From Pseudomonadota bacterium (lineage in GTDB: Bacteria > Bdellovibrionota_B > Oligoflexia > Silvanigrellales > Silvanigrellaceae): a stretch of 64,000 nucleotides of DNA. A model generated the notes under the pieces. That model did not search any database and was not told where the DNA came from. It saw nothing but the letters and a program-made list of their open reading frames with translations. Location: assembly GCA_039799905.1 (NCBI GenBank), contig JBDLRP010000021.1, positions 224,001 to 288,000 of the forward strand. The letters are read 5' to 3'. Made by a program: the position numbers and the translations under genes. This document shows positions 19,882-29,948 of this stretch, in pieces. Numbering within the stretch: the first letter of the stretch is position 1; the number at the start of each line of letters is the position of its first letter.

Positions 19882-22059
19882 ATGCTTCAAAACGCTCATA
19901 CTCTGACATCGGCCGGCTTGCCGCGCAATCTGTTCGCAATGTTTGTGCTCATGGTCTGCACAGCATGTCTGCTGTCCGGAACTGTCAAATCGCAAACGGC
20001 ATTCGCCCAGACCGACCCGTTCCTCGTTCCCCTCAAATCTCTCAACAAGATTGATCCCGCCAACGTGGTTCAATTTAAAGTTGTCGCGTTAACAACAAAA
20101 GGCAATGCAGCGACTGCCGAAGTTGAAGTCAGCATTCGCGGCGGCTTCAAGATTTATGACAAGGGGCTGCGCTTCGAATACAAAAGTACTGCCACGCTCA
20201 ATGCGCTCATCCCTTTGACTTTCCAAGCCAATCCGCCTGCCAAGGTGATTCAAGATCCATTTTACAATGAGCCTCGGGCCGTGCACGAGAGTGCTGCACG
20301 CTTCGCACTCGCGAGCGATTTGCCCATGGAGGAAACTGGCACCCTGCGCGTCCGTTTCGAGGCTTGCTCGGTTAACACGTGTCTTTTGCCTGCATATTTC
20401 GTCATTCAGGCCCGCGTGGGTTCATCTTCACGCCCGGAGCCAAAAGGCGACACTGTGACAGGAGCATCCGGCTCAACGGGCAGCCTGAGTCCTCCCTCCA
20501 TGGAAAGTTCGACGCTCGCCTCCGGAAGTAGTGCAGCGTCTGCAGCACCCGCGATGCCCACGCCCGCAATCGAACAATCTCCCGCTCCATCCGCTCCTAC
20601 GCCCGCAGTTGAACTAACACCCAGCCAAGCAGCTCCCGCCTCCACGCCGGCACCTTCATTCCGCCCTGAAAAATCGGCCGATACTTCGCTTGCTGATTCA
20701 ATCACAGCGCAAGTGCAACGCAGCCTGGTTGAACGCAGCTGGTTGCTGTTTCCGGCGTTGTTTCTTGCCGGTCTGCTAATGAATCTGACGCCGTGTGTTT
20801 ATCCGATGATTCCCATCACACTGAACGTTCTCAGCCGCACGGCACCCGCAGATTCTACTGGCCAGCGCAGCCCGTCGCAGTCTGCCGTTCCGGCAATGAT
20901 GTACGTTTTGGGAATTATACTTGCCTATTCTGCAATGGGTGTTGTTGCGGGAATGACCGGCTCAATTTTTGGCAGTCTGCTGCAGAGCAAACTGGTCAAT
21001 GGTGTTCTGGCACTCACCATGTTTCTGCTGGGCCTTTCCATGCTGGATGTTTTTGATCTCAGCAAAATTCAAACAGCCGCCAACAGAATTCCTCTTTCAA
21101 AGAAGTCTCCCTACATGTCCGTTATCACCATGGGAGCAGTCTCGGGTCTGGTGGCCGCACCATGCACCGGGCCAGTTCTCAGCATGCTTCTTCTCTTAGT
21201 GGGACAAACAAAGGATCCCGTTTATGGGTTCGTGCTCATGAGCGTTTTTGCAGCTGGATTCGGAGCCCCTTATTTGGCTCTCGGACTGCTTTCGCAGCAG
21301 CTCAAGCGACTCCCCAAAGCTGGTTTTGCGATGAACATCGTCAAGAATGTATTTGCAGCCCTGATGTTCTCTTTGGCGCTGTATTATCTGAAACCGATGT
21401 TGCAAAACTTGGAGTTTGTCGCACTGCTCTATATCCGCCCGCCGGTAGTCGGTGTTGCTGCGGTCGTTATGCTCACTGTGGTATTTCTCGTTCTGCAGTC
21501 AAAGAAACCCACCAGCGCCCTGCGCACAATAGGACTGCAGACAGGCCTTTCGCTCCTCGCCCTGTGGATGGCGCTCTACCTGATTAAAGGCTTCATCGCT
21601 GGCGAAAAAACAGCTCTGCCTTCTCTGAGCCGAATCAATGATCCGCTCGAAATTCCAAATCCGCAGTCGCAGGAGACCGACGGCGTCCGCTGGATGAAAG
21701 ATTGGCAACAGGCTGTGCGCGCCGCGAAAGAACAAAACAAAGGGCTCATCGTGGATGCGTGGGCACAATGGTGTGCTGCGTGTCTGAAGATGGATGCCGA
21801 AGTCTGGAACGAGCCCGGAGTTGAGGCCCTCATCAATCAGCACTTCATTGCGCTTAAGATCGATTTCACAGAATCAAATCCGCAATCCGAGGAGCTCACC
21901 AAACGTTGGGATTTGTCGGGACTGCCGGCAGTGGGAATTTATCCGGCCGGTTCAGACTTTGCCGGACAACCGGTGGTCTTGTTCCGTGAAGCCGCCACAG
22001 TCAGCAGCTTCCATCAGGCGGTGCAGAAAATCTTCAACGGAGAGCTGCAGAAAAAATAA
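19882..22059 (+). CDS. dsbD: Thiol:disulfide interchange protein DsbD
   Basis: N-domain CSVNTCLLP, TM domain LTPCVYPMIP and APCTGP, thioredoxin WCAAC; the start may instead be 19939. Confidence 0.92.
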   Translation: MLQNAHTLTSAGLPRNLFAMFVLMVCTACLLSGTVKSQTAFAQTDPFLVPLKSLNKIDPANVVQFKVVALTTKGNAATAEVEVSIRGGFKIYDKGLRFEYKSTATLNALIPLTFQANPPAKVIQDPFYNEPRAVHESAARFALASDLPMEETGTLRVRFEACSVNTCLLPAYFVIQARVGSSSRPEPKGDTVTGASGSTGSLSPPSMESSTLASGSSAASAAPAMPTPAIEQSPAPSAPTPAVELTPSQAAPASTPAPSFRPEKSADTSLADSITAQVQRSLVERSWLLFPALFLAGLLMNLTPCVYPMIPITLNVLSRTAPADSTGQRSPSQSAVPAMMYVLGIILAYSAMGVVAGMTGSIFGSLLQSKLVNGVLALTMFLLGLSMLDVFDLSKIQTAANRIPLSKKSPYMSVITMGAVSGLVAAPCTGPVLSMLLLLVGQTKDPVYGFVLMSVFAAGFGAPYLALGLLSQQLKRLPKAGFAMNIVKNVFAALMFSLALYYLKPMLQNLEFVALLYIRPPVVGVAAVVMLTVVFLVLQSKKPTSALRTIGLQTGLSLLALWMALYLIKGFIAGEKTALPSLSRINDPLEIPNPQSQETDGVRWMKDWQQAVRAAKEQNKGLIVDAWAQWCAACLKMDAEVWNEPGVEALINQHFIALKIDFTESNPQSEELTKRWDLSGLPAVGIYPAGSDFAGQPVVLFREAATVSSFHQAVQKIFNGELQKK

Positions 22060-22085
22060 AGACCAACCTTGGCAGGTTGGTCTTT
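22058..22085. terminator. Probable bidirectional intrinsic terminator
   Basis: AAAGACCAACC-ttggca-GGTTGGTCTTT between convergent genes. Confidence 0.75.
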
Positions 22086-22118
22086 ATCACGACACGGACT
22101 CGAGACAGCCCGCGGGAT

Positions 22119-22451
22119 TTACATGTGGGCTGCAGCAGGAATGTAATCGTGCTGGTCGCGGGACACATGCGAACCTTCGCGTGCCGTTGCAACATAGCGG
22201 TTCACGATGTTGAGCGTGTACACCAACAGCGTTGCCTTGAAATTGCGCCAGTTGGAATCGTCAAGGCACATCAGAAGCTCATCATCAAAGTACATGTCGG
22301 TATTGGTCAGCAAGGCTTCGATGGCTGCGAAAACCTGCTCGAAATTGCCCGCAGTCGCCAAATCATTGAGGTCTTCTTTACTGCGGATGGCGTTTGCCAA
22401 ACGAGCGGCGTTTGTCCTGATAAGCTGAACCGTTGAGCTGTTAAGAATCAT
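22119..22451 (-). CDS. Hypothetical small helical protein
   Basis: 110 aa ORF filling the gap and ending just before the terminator. Confidence 0.65.
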   Translation of the reverse strand: MILNSSTVQLIRTNAARLANAIRSKEDLNDLATAGNFEQVFAAIEALLTNTDMYFDDELLMCLDDSNWRNFKATLLVYTLNIVNRYVATAREGSHVSRDQHDYIPAAAHM

Positions 22452-22520
22452 GTGAAGGCCCCCACAAGCTGATATTTATTGGCTGACTATGGCTGTTTGC
22501 TGAGTGTACGGCTCAGCGAA

Positions 22521-23663
22521 TCACTGCGGCAAGGATTCAGGAGCGTCAATTCTCCAACGAGCCCTGCGGACAAACAACGTCAGAGCCACGCCAAACAAAA
22601 CAGCACCTACCAACGAGCCGAGAATAATCAGAGGCATCCGGTTGGGAACAACGCCAATCACCTCGAAACTGAAAAACGGCAGGCCATTACCCTCGCCACG
22701 GTTGACTATCTGTACACGGCGGGGTGGCATGCTGGGGTTCATTTGCACTTCGCGCTGACTCACCTGAGTCGCCAGTCCGGCGTTGGCGATGCGTGGCGGC
22801 CACACATTCCAGTTCTCACTCAGCGAACCAAAAAGCCCTTTGAAAGGAGCAGGAACTTCAAAGAGAATTGCGACCTGTTCACCGGGAAATCCGGCAAGTT
22901 TGGAATTCTTCCAAACCGCACGCCCGGAAGGAGCCCTCAGACGAAAATCACTCGAAATCGTGACGGCCAGCCCCTGACTGCCCTCGGGAAGTACGACTGC
23001 AGGCAAACCGTTCCAATTGACCACTTGAATGGACTTGGCAAGCTGCTCGGGCTTGGTCTCAACAATTTGCCAGTCGTACAAATCCTCAGGCACCGCCATG
23101 ACGACCATCGTCGACCCACCCTGTGACGAAGGCACCGCAAAACTTGTCACATAATGCGCAACAATTTCTGATTGAGCAGGCGAGACAATGTAGCGGCTGG
23201 AGGTCGGCAAAAAGACGCCGGGTTCAAGGATGTGCAACGACTCCTGAGCGCGCTCGGCTTTGGCGATTCCAGAAAACAAAAGCGCACACACACCCACCAG
23301 CAGCAATGCAGCAAGGCTGGCTGAACCCTTTTGGGATTTCGCCGTGCTAAGCGCCGCGCCGGCAGAATTCTGCGGCAAAAAAGGAAGCTCTGCGCGCTGA
23401 AGCCGAAGGCAGAGCGAAACCAATGCATCGAAGCAATCAGTGTCACTGAGTGCACCTAACCTCTGTTCGCTCGACTGACCGGTCGTTAGGCGGGAGAGCA
23501 GCTGATCACGCAAGTTGAGCGCCTGCCGGAGCTCAACCTCATCCGAAAAGCCTTTGTATGAGGCCGAGAACACCTCCATGTTTTCGGCGACGAACAAAGG
23601 CGAAAGTACAAACCAAATGACCAACAATGAAAGAGCGATCGCGAGAATGAGTGTAAAAATCAT
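22521..23663 (-). CDS. Membrane protein with a CcmI/CycH-like N-terminus and a periplasmic domain
   Basis: Start overlaps the ccmF stop; TM ending WFVLSPLF then a charged helix, a second TM, a periplasmic region and a C-terminal TM. Confidence 0.6.
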   Translation of the reverse strand: MIFTLILAIALSLLVIWFVLSPLFVAENMEVFSASYKGFSDEVELRQALNLRDQLLSRLTTGQSSEQRLGALSDTDCFDALVSLCLRLQRAELPFLPQNSAGAALSTAKSQKGSASLAALLLVGVCALLFSGIAKAERAQESLHILEPGVFLPTSSRYIVSPAQSEIVAHYVTSFAVPSSQGGSTMVVMAVPEDLYDWQIVETKPEQLAKSIQVVNWNGLPAVVLPEGSQGLAVTISSDFRLRAPSGRAVWKNSKLAGFPGEQVAILFEVPAPFKGLFGSLSENWNVWPPRIANAGLATQVSQREVQMNPSMPPRRVQIVNRGEGNGLPFFSFEVIGVVPNRMPLIILGSLVGAVLFGVALTLFVRRARWRIDAPESLPQ

Positions 23664-26155
23664 CCCTGCCCTCCTTCGAGCTTGCGGGCAGAAATGAAGT
23701 CGCGGAGCGCTTTTTCCATCACTTCGCGCTCAGCGAGTTCGCGTCTTCGCGAAGTGCGGATCGCACCGACGAGAAAAACAGGCCCCAGAACAAGTCCGGC
23801 AATTGGAATCACCCAAATTGTTTTTCCGAATGTGCTGCCTGAATCCGGCTGGCGCAAAATCCATTCTCCATAGCGATCTCTAAAAAAGCTGATGATTTCT
23901 GCCTTGCTCTTACCTTCTGCAACCTGGCGCTCAATCTCGCGCCGCATCGCCGTACTCTGCGGAGTCTCGCTCTCAAGTATGCTCACACCCTGACACGTAG
24001 GGCAGCGAAGTTCATCGCCTATCTCGAGCAGTTCTTTTGAGTACTGCAGACGGGCTTTGGATTCATCCGCCATCGCAGTTCCTGAAAAACCAAACGCAAC
24101 GAGCAATACAGCAACGCTGATAACGAGTGCCGATTGAACCTTGTGAGCACGCTTGACGGGAGCCAGCACATCATCCAAAAGGTCGCCCTCGTCGGTTGCC
24201 GACTCGAGCATCAGGCCGTTTGAACTCACGTCAACACTGCGCCTTTTGATGCGGTGACTGAGGCCAACCAGAGTTCCCAGAACCATTATCACCAAACTCG
24301 TCCAGACGAATTTGACTGTGGGATTGACGTGCATCTTGAGTGAAATCTGATTGGTCTTTGAATCAAAAAACGCGAGCACCAGATAGAGATCGTGCCAAAA
24401 AGTCGAGTGAATACCAATTTCATTGAGCCACTCTTCCTTGTTTGTGTATTTACTGCGTGTTGGCAAAACTTCTGCCACGTTGCCCCGACTGTCTTTGGCC
24501 TCAATCACGGCAGCAGCGTAAGTTGCGTTGAACTCCTGCTTGTAATCCATTCCCTTGAAGGTGAGGGTGTAGTCATAAAATTGTGTCGACTGCCCCTGTG
24601 AGAGCTGGGCCTCGGCCTGAATGCCGCGATAGCCTCCCAAAAAGCCAGCCATCGAAAGCAAAAATCCAAGATGGACAATCCATGATCCCAAGTAGGGACG
24701 ATTGAACTTCAACAACGCCTGCGCGTTCCAGCGGATAGCCTTGAGGCGGAAAACCAGGTCCATGACCATGACAAACGCAGTCCAAAGAATCAGCGCAAAG
24801 CCAATGATGGAACGGACATCAAGACCCTTGTGCCAAGCCAGCACAGCTGTCAGCGCAATCGCCCAGATGGCAGGATAGAGGAGTCCACTGACAGGATCTT
24901 CAATTTTCCCGCTCCGCCAACGCATCAGGTTGCCAACACCTAGCAGACCAACCAACCCCACTCCGATCCACGGAGCAAATGCATTGAAGAATGGCTGCTG
25001 GATGGAAATCTTGATTCCGCGCACAGCCTCGACAATCAGCGGCAACAACGTTCCGATGCAAACCAGGGCGAGCAGGAAAAGCAAAAAGAAGTTTGTAAAC
25101 AACAGCGCGCTTTCCTTGGACACCGTCCATGTCTGGGCCTGCGCAGCGCCCTGAAGCAAATGACCGCGCATGGAAACAAGGACAATCATAATCAGGGTCC
25201 AGACGACAATATAAGTCAGGTAGGCGGGACCTATGTCGCTCTCGGCGAATGAGTGGACTGAACTGATGACACCTGAACGGGTGATGAACGTACCCAAAAA
25301 GGTCAACACGAAAGCCACTGCCGAAAGCGATACAGCAAGGCGCGGAAGACGGTTGGTTTTATCGAGAATCAACAACGTGTGCAGCAGGGAAGTTCCCGCC
25401 AGCCAAGGCATGAACGAACTGTTTTCAACCGGATCCCACGCCCAGTAACCAGCCCACCCGAGCTCGACGTAGGCCCATTTTCCACCAAGAAAAATACCCA
25501 CCGTGAGAATTGCCCAGCCCGCCAATGTCCAACGCCGAACGCTGACAAGCCAGTCGGGCGTAAAAGAACCGCGCAAGAGAGCAGCGACTGAATAGCCGAA
25601 GGGAACTATCAAAGAGCAATATCCAATAAACAGACTCGGAGGGTGAGCTGCCATGTAAGGATTCTGCAAGAGCGCATTCATTCCTTGCCCAACTTGCTGC
25701 ACCGGAAACATACGCGTCAGAGGCGCAGAAGCCCAAACCAACAGCAAGGTCATAAAAGAAAGGCTGAAGCCGTATGCACACAAAAGACCCGGCATCAGCG
25801 GTTCGTTTTTTTCCCGCACAGAAACAAGTGAAATCGTCACAATGACAGCCATGATCATTGTCCACAGAAGGTGGCTTCCCTCGAGGGAGCTCCAAAATGC
25901 TGTCAGCAGATAAATCGGCGGCATGTCGGCGGCCGAGTTTCTGAACACATAGCCTATCGAAAAGTCATGTGTGATGAGCGAAATCCAGAGAACACCCGAG
26001 GCGAAGAGCACGCAGGCGCTCACACCAATCAGGGCGTTGCGTCCGCTATACAACACTCCGCGCTGCGGTCGTGCCAGCGACAGAAAACCCATGCTCATCC
26101 CGTAAACCGACAAACACAGTGCCAATACGAGTGCATAAAAACCAAGTTCTACCAT
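23660..26155 (-). CDS. ccmF: Cytochrome c biogenesis haem lyase CcmF fused to a CcmH domain
   Basis: WSSLEGS, HPP, WAYVELGWAGYWAWDPVENSSFMPW, SVHSFA, HLG; C-terminal LRCPTCQ and RYGEWIL (CcmH). Confidence 0.93.
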   Translation of the reverse strand: MVELGFYALVLALCLSVYGMSMGFLSLARPQRGVLYSGRNALIGVSACVLFASGVLWISLITHDFSIGYVFRNSAADMPPIYLLTAFWSSLEGSHLLWTMIMAVIVTISLVSVREKNEPLMPGLLCAYGFSLSFMTLLLVWASAPLTRMFPVQQVGQGMNALLQNPYMAAHPPSLFIGYCSLIVPFGYSVAALLRGSFTPDWLVSVRRWTLAGWAILTVGIFLGGKWAYVELGWAGYWAWDPVENSSFMPWLAGTSLLHTLLILDKTNRLPRLAVSLSAVAFVLTFLGTFITRSGVISSVHSFAESDIGPAYLTYIVVWTLIMIVLVSMRGHLLQGAAQAQTWTVSKESALLFTNFFLLFLLALVCIGTLLPLIVEAVRGIKISIQQPFFNAFAPWIGVGLVGLLGVGNLMRWRSGKIEDPVSGLLYPAIWAIALTAVLAWHKGLDVRSIIGFALILWTAFVMVMDLVFRLKAIRWNAQALLKFNRPYLGSWIVHLGFLLSMAGFLGGYRGIQAEAQLSQGQSTQFYDYTLTFKGMDYKQEFNATYAAAVIEAKDSRGNVAEVLPTRSKYTNKEEWLNEIGIHSTFWHDLYLVLAFFDSKTNQISLKMHVNPTVKFVWTSLVIMVLGTLVGLSHRIKRRSVDVSSNGLMLESATDEGDLLDDVLAPVKRAHKVQSALVISVAVLLVAFGFSGTAMADESKARLQYSKELLEIGDELRCPTCQGVSILESETPQSTAMRREIERQVAEGKSKAEIISFFRDRYGEWILRQPDSGSTFGKTIWVIPIAGLVLGPVFLVGAIRTSRRRELAEREVMEKALRDFISARKLEGGQG

Positions 26156-26167
26156 TAGAAAGTCACC

Positions 26168-27151
26168 TCACCAGCGGACCACAGGCGGCAGCGAAGCAAA
26201 GATCGCCTCGATATTTCCGCCCGACATCAAACCAAAACGAGTCCCGCGATCATGTATCAAATTGAATTCAGCGTAGCGGCCGCGCCAAAAGAGATGCTGT
26301 TCCTTTTGCGCGTCCGTAAACGGCATACCAACTCTGCGCTGCAAAATTTCCGCGTACATGTGTGCGAACGTTTGACCGGTGCCCAGCAACAGACCCAAAT
26401 CATCCTCACCCGACACATTCAAATAATCAAAGAATATTCCCCCGACGCCGCGGGTTTCACCTCTGTGCGGAATAAAGAAGTATTCGTCACACCATTTCTT
26501 GAACTTACCGTAGTCGCCCAGTGGGTGTTTGTCGCACACATCTTTGAAACCGGCATGAAAGCTTTCGGTGTCTTCCTGAAAGCGCTGCATTGGTGTCAAA
26601 TCACCGCCGCCACCTATCCAAAACAGAAGACGGTCGCCTGAGCCCACCTTCAGCATGCGGATGTTCATATGAGCAATTGGAGCATTTGGATTGTAGGGGT
26701 GACAAATCAGCGAGACACCGGCCGCCAAAAAAGGCTGACCGGAGTATTCTTTCTCTATTGATGGATAAGACGGCCCCCAAACGACACTCATGTTCGCAGC
26801 AGCTTTTTCAAGCACAGGGCCGCGCAGAATACTCATAACGCCGCCACCCTGCGGTGAGCCGTCATCACCGGTTTTGTTCCACGGCTTGATGGTGAGTTCA
26901 GCTTTAGGGTCGATGGTTTTGAAAACAGTTCGGTTCAAATTGCGAACAAAAGTCAGCAGGCTGAGTTCGCGTGCCGAGATTCGCTTTCCGAGAACAGGCT
27001 CAGCAATTTTTAAAATCGGATCTGCCGAATCCGTTGGCACTTGCATCACTTCTGCAAGCGGACGCAGCGGATTTGCGGCTTTGAAGGCGATAAATCTTTC
27101 AGGCGCGCCCTGAGCTTCAGCAAGAGCAGCTTGATCAGCAGACGACGACAT
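26168..27151 (-). CDS. hemF: Oxygen-dependent coproporphyrinogen III oxidase
   Basis: GVSLICHPYNP, HMNIR, GGGGDLTP, CDEYFFIPHRGETRGVGGIFFD, RGRYAEFNLIHDRGTRFGL; GGGAGG RBS. Confidence 0.95.
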   Translation of the reverse strand: MSSSADQAALAEAQGAPERFIAFKAANPLRPLAEVMQVPTDSADPILKIAEPVLGKRISARELSLLTFVRNLNRTVFKTIDPKAELTIKPWNKTGDDGSPQGGGVMSILRGPVLEKAAANMSVVWGPSYPSIEKEYSGQPFLAAGVSLICHPYNPNAPIAHMNIRMLKVGSGDRLLFWIGGGGDLTPMQRFQEDTESFHAGFKDVCDKHPLGDYGKFKKWCDEYFFIPHRGETRGVGGIFFDYLNVSGEDDLGLLLGTGQTFAHMYAEILQRRVGMPFTDAQKEQHLFWRGRYAEFNLIHDRGTRFGLMSGGNIEAIFASLPPVVRW

Positions 27152-27241
27152 TGGAGCCCCTCCCAAACATGGGAGAAGCTTAAATTGTCCGAAGTCAAAA
27201 GACTATCATCTGATCGACGTCAAGAAGGACCGCAACACGAC

Positions 27242-27982
27242 TCAATAGAAACGCACTTCGCCATCGAGGGTTTGCCGGTGACGAAACCGTTCTGCCTCAA
27301 ATGAGAACATCCTTGGTGGACGATACGCCATGCCGCGCGGACGATGGGGCGATTCGGAAAGGATATCCAGCGACTCAATCTTTTTGCGGAAGTTTCGAAC
27401 ATCCATAGGACGGTTGAGAATTGCCTCAAAAACTCTCTGAAGTTCACTGAGAGAAAATTCATGCGCCAAAAAAGCAAATGCCACTGTCTCAAAGCGGCTG
27501 CGTCTGCGCAGCTCAGTGAGCGCAGCCTGAGCCAGTTCGCGGCTGTGGGGTGCAAGAAGCTCAGACTGTTCGTGGACTTCAATGAAGCGGTAATTGTCCA
27601 TTCCGGCAGTCGCAACGAATTCGAGGTCATTGGGAGAAGCAACTGTAAAGTAACAGATCTCGATTCGCTTTTCCGTATCAGTTGAGGAATCGGCAGATCC
27701 ATCAAAGGCACCCACCTGAAAAAAATTCGAGAGCTCAAGCGGAAGGCGCGAGCGAATCACCTCGCGGGCCGTGGCCTGCAGATTGTCGGTAAATTCGAAG
27801 GGAAGAGATGGCAAATGATACCGCTCCGCATCACCGCCGGAGCGCACCGCAAGCAGACGCAATCTTGCGCCGTCAAAGGAAAACACGACTGTCGTAACAA
27901 GCAATCCCGCCTGCATCAAACCCGCAGTTGATCCTGCAGGAACTTTTCCGCGTGCTGCTACAAGTTCTGTTCGCATTTCCAT
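27242..27982 (-). CDS. nrtR: NrtR-family regulator (degenerate NUDIX + winged HTH)
   Basis: VVFSFD..LRLLAVR, FSLSELQRVFEAIL, DVRNFRKKI, RPPRMFSF. Confidence 0.85.
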   Translation of the reverse strand: MEMRTELVAARGKVPAGSTAGLMQAGLLVTTVVFSFDGARLRLLAVRSGGDAERYHLPSLPFEFTDNLQATAREVIRSRLPLELSNFFQVGAFDGSADSSTDTEKRIEICYFTVASPNDLEFVATAGMDNYRFIEVHEQSELLAPHSRELAQAALTELRRRSRFETVAFAFLAHEFSLSELQRVFEAILNRPMDVRNFRKKIESLDILSESPHRPRGMAYRPPRMFSFEAERFRHRQTLDGEVRFY

Positions 27983-28073
27983 GGCCTGACCCCGTTGAAA
28001 AGGTTTCCTTGCTCAATCGGCCCATGGAGGAGCTTAAGTCCACAAAAAGCATTGCTCAAGATGTCGAACAAAA

Positions 28074-28109
28074 AAAGTAACAAGCCGGCTTACGCAGGCT
28101 TGTTACTTT
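28074..28109 (-). terminator. Intrinsic terminator after the transglutaminase-like gene
   Basis: AAAGTAACAAGCC...GGCTTGTTACTTT stem with an A-run on + (U-tract on -). Confidence 0.75.
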
Positions 28110-28127
28110 AGTTGACAGTCAACCTCT

Positions 28128-29879
28128 TTAGCGGCGGATGCTCACCAGTGAAAAATACATCAGGTCGATTTTCATCGCGAAACACATATTCCCAAAACCG
28201 GCGGACAAGCACTTTTCAGAAAACTCGGCGCTGAAGGGTCCAAGTACCGTAGTGCCCTCAAGACAAGCTCCCCATTGCGGATCGTAGGAAGAACCCGACG
28301 GGCATACATCGCTGCCACGCAAAGCGACGTAGACGTCAGTCGACCACAACGAGTCAAAACATCCGGGCATCGATTGGCGCTGGCATTCTTGCAACATCAG
28401 CTGTGTGTAAGGTGCAAAGGCCCTGTAGCCATCTGTGCAGAAACTCACCGGAGAGAAAACCGCAAATGATCCGGCCGGACAATTCAGTGTTCCGGGTCCG
28501 CGGTTGATTGCCGTCGGAGGAACGACAACCGGGTCTGCCGGAGGTGCTGGTGGCGCGGGCGGCGTGTCAACCGGAGCAGCGGGAGTCGGGATTGGCAACG
28601 GCTGAGTCAACACCGGGCCGATCGGTTGATCTGGTAGTGTTGCTGGCGGAACCGTCGGCACAGCCGGAGCGTCGGCGACCGGCGGCACTGTCGGAGTAGG
28701 TGCAGCGGTCGGAACAGGCGGTGGAGTCACGCGCGGCGTGGGCTGCGCCGAGGGCGGCGTTACCACATCCGACGGGGAACCGACGGAGTTCAGATATACA
28801 CTTTCGATAGCGGCATAATATCCGCGAAAGTCTGCCTTTTCCTGAACCCACAAGAAATCGGGACGCTCTTCGCTCAACCAGCGTCCGCCGACAATACGCC
28901 CTAAAGAATCCAATTCGACCGCATACTGATAGCGATATTTCTCGGTTGCAACGCTGCGGCTGTCTCCCAGATGATTCCATTCGGGCCGCTCAATCTCGAC
29001 GATAAAATCAACGTCCGTTTCAACAATCACTTCAGAGACAGCCTGTGGTGCCGCACCCACCGATGCAGCCTGCCTGTAAAGTTCACGCGATGAGTATCCG
29101 TAGATTGGAAAATTCCAAACCTCGTTGCCGTTGCTGAGGTCGGCAACCACAGTCTGGCCTTGTCGGCCGACGAGGTTGGTCAAAATCAAATGAAACGATC
29201 CGGCATTCGTATCGCGACACGCTGCGGTGTTCCTCAATTGCGGACTGCTGGTCAGATCGATCTCACAGCGCTGTCCGAGAACTTTTGCCACAGGCATAAA
29301 AACAACGCCCTGTGCGTATGCGAGAAGCGCTTTCACGTCGCTGCTTCCGAAAGGAATTTCGATTCCTGTCGAGCTTTTTATGGTGACAGCTTTGGGCTCG
29401 TCAAAATTCAAAGTTGCCGAAGCCCAGCCGTGACACAAGCCGTACCATTGCGGCATTGCAGGGTGCGTTCTCATCAGTTCGGCCTGAACCGTCGGAAAGT
29501 CGAACCGGCCCATCAGGATGTCATACTTTTCAGCTGGTGAAAGTGCCGCGATCTGCTCGGGTGACATATCACGCACTTCCGACTCGGAGGGGCGCTGTGT
29601 GGAGAATGGTGTTTGCGTTCCGTTTCGCCAGCGCAGAGCGATACCGCCAAGGTTGCTTGGCCAGTAAATATCGCTCCACGGCACTCGGACCGATGAGCCT
29701 GCAGGCGGGAGTTCGTTGAAAACAACCACCGAACCGGCATCCAACTGGGCCGGATTGTTGTAGTCATCCCAAGCCTCTTGAACCTTGTCTCGGGAGATCT
29801 TCGGGCTGCTATCACAACCGCTTTGCATGTTCACAAAAAACATCAACAATAACGAACACGTGCCAGCTTTGCAGCGCAT
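28128..29879 (-). CDS. Transglutaminase-elicitor-like (GP42/TGase_elicitor) lipoprotein with a Pro-rich linker and a Cys-rich C-terminal domain
   Basis: PWSDIYWP, LSPAEKYD, WYGLCHGWA, DTNAGSFH, EVWNFP, GRW...RPDFLW. Confidence 0.78.
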   Translation of the reverse strand: MRCKAGTCSLLLMFFVNMQSGCDSSPKISRDKVQEAWDDYNNPAQLDAGSVVVFNELPPAGSSVRVPWSDIYWPSNLGGIALRWRNGTQTPFSTQRPSESEVRDMSPEQIAALSPAEKYDILMGRFDFPTVQAELMRTHPAMPQWYGLCHGWASATLNFDEPKAVTIKSSTGIEIPFGSSDVKALLAYAQGVVFMPVAKVLGQRCEIDLTSSPQLRNTAACRDTNAGSFHLILTNLVGRQGQTVVADLSNGNEVWNFPIYGYSSRELYRQAASVGAAPQAVSEVIVETDVDFIVEIERPEWNHLGDSRSVATEKYRYQYAVELDSLGRIVGGRWLSEERPDFLWVQEKADFRGYYAAIESVYLNSVGSPSDVVTPPSAQPTPRVTPPPVPTAAPTPTVPPVADAPAVPTVPPATLPDQPIGPVLTQPLPIPTPAAPVDTPPAPPAPPADPVVVPPTAINRGPGTLNCPAGSFAVFSPVSFCTDGYRAFAPYTQLMLQECQRQSMPGCFDSLWSTDVYVALRGSDVCPSGSSYDPQWGACLEGTTVLGPFSAEFSEKCLSAGFGNMCFAMKIDLMYFSLVSIRR

Positions 29880-29948
29880 GAAAAGGCCCCCTGTTTTTCA
29901 ACATGGGGCTGGGCTATTGCCATCTGCAGGGTGCGTCAACAGAAATTA

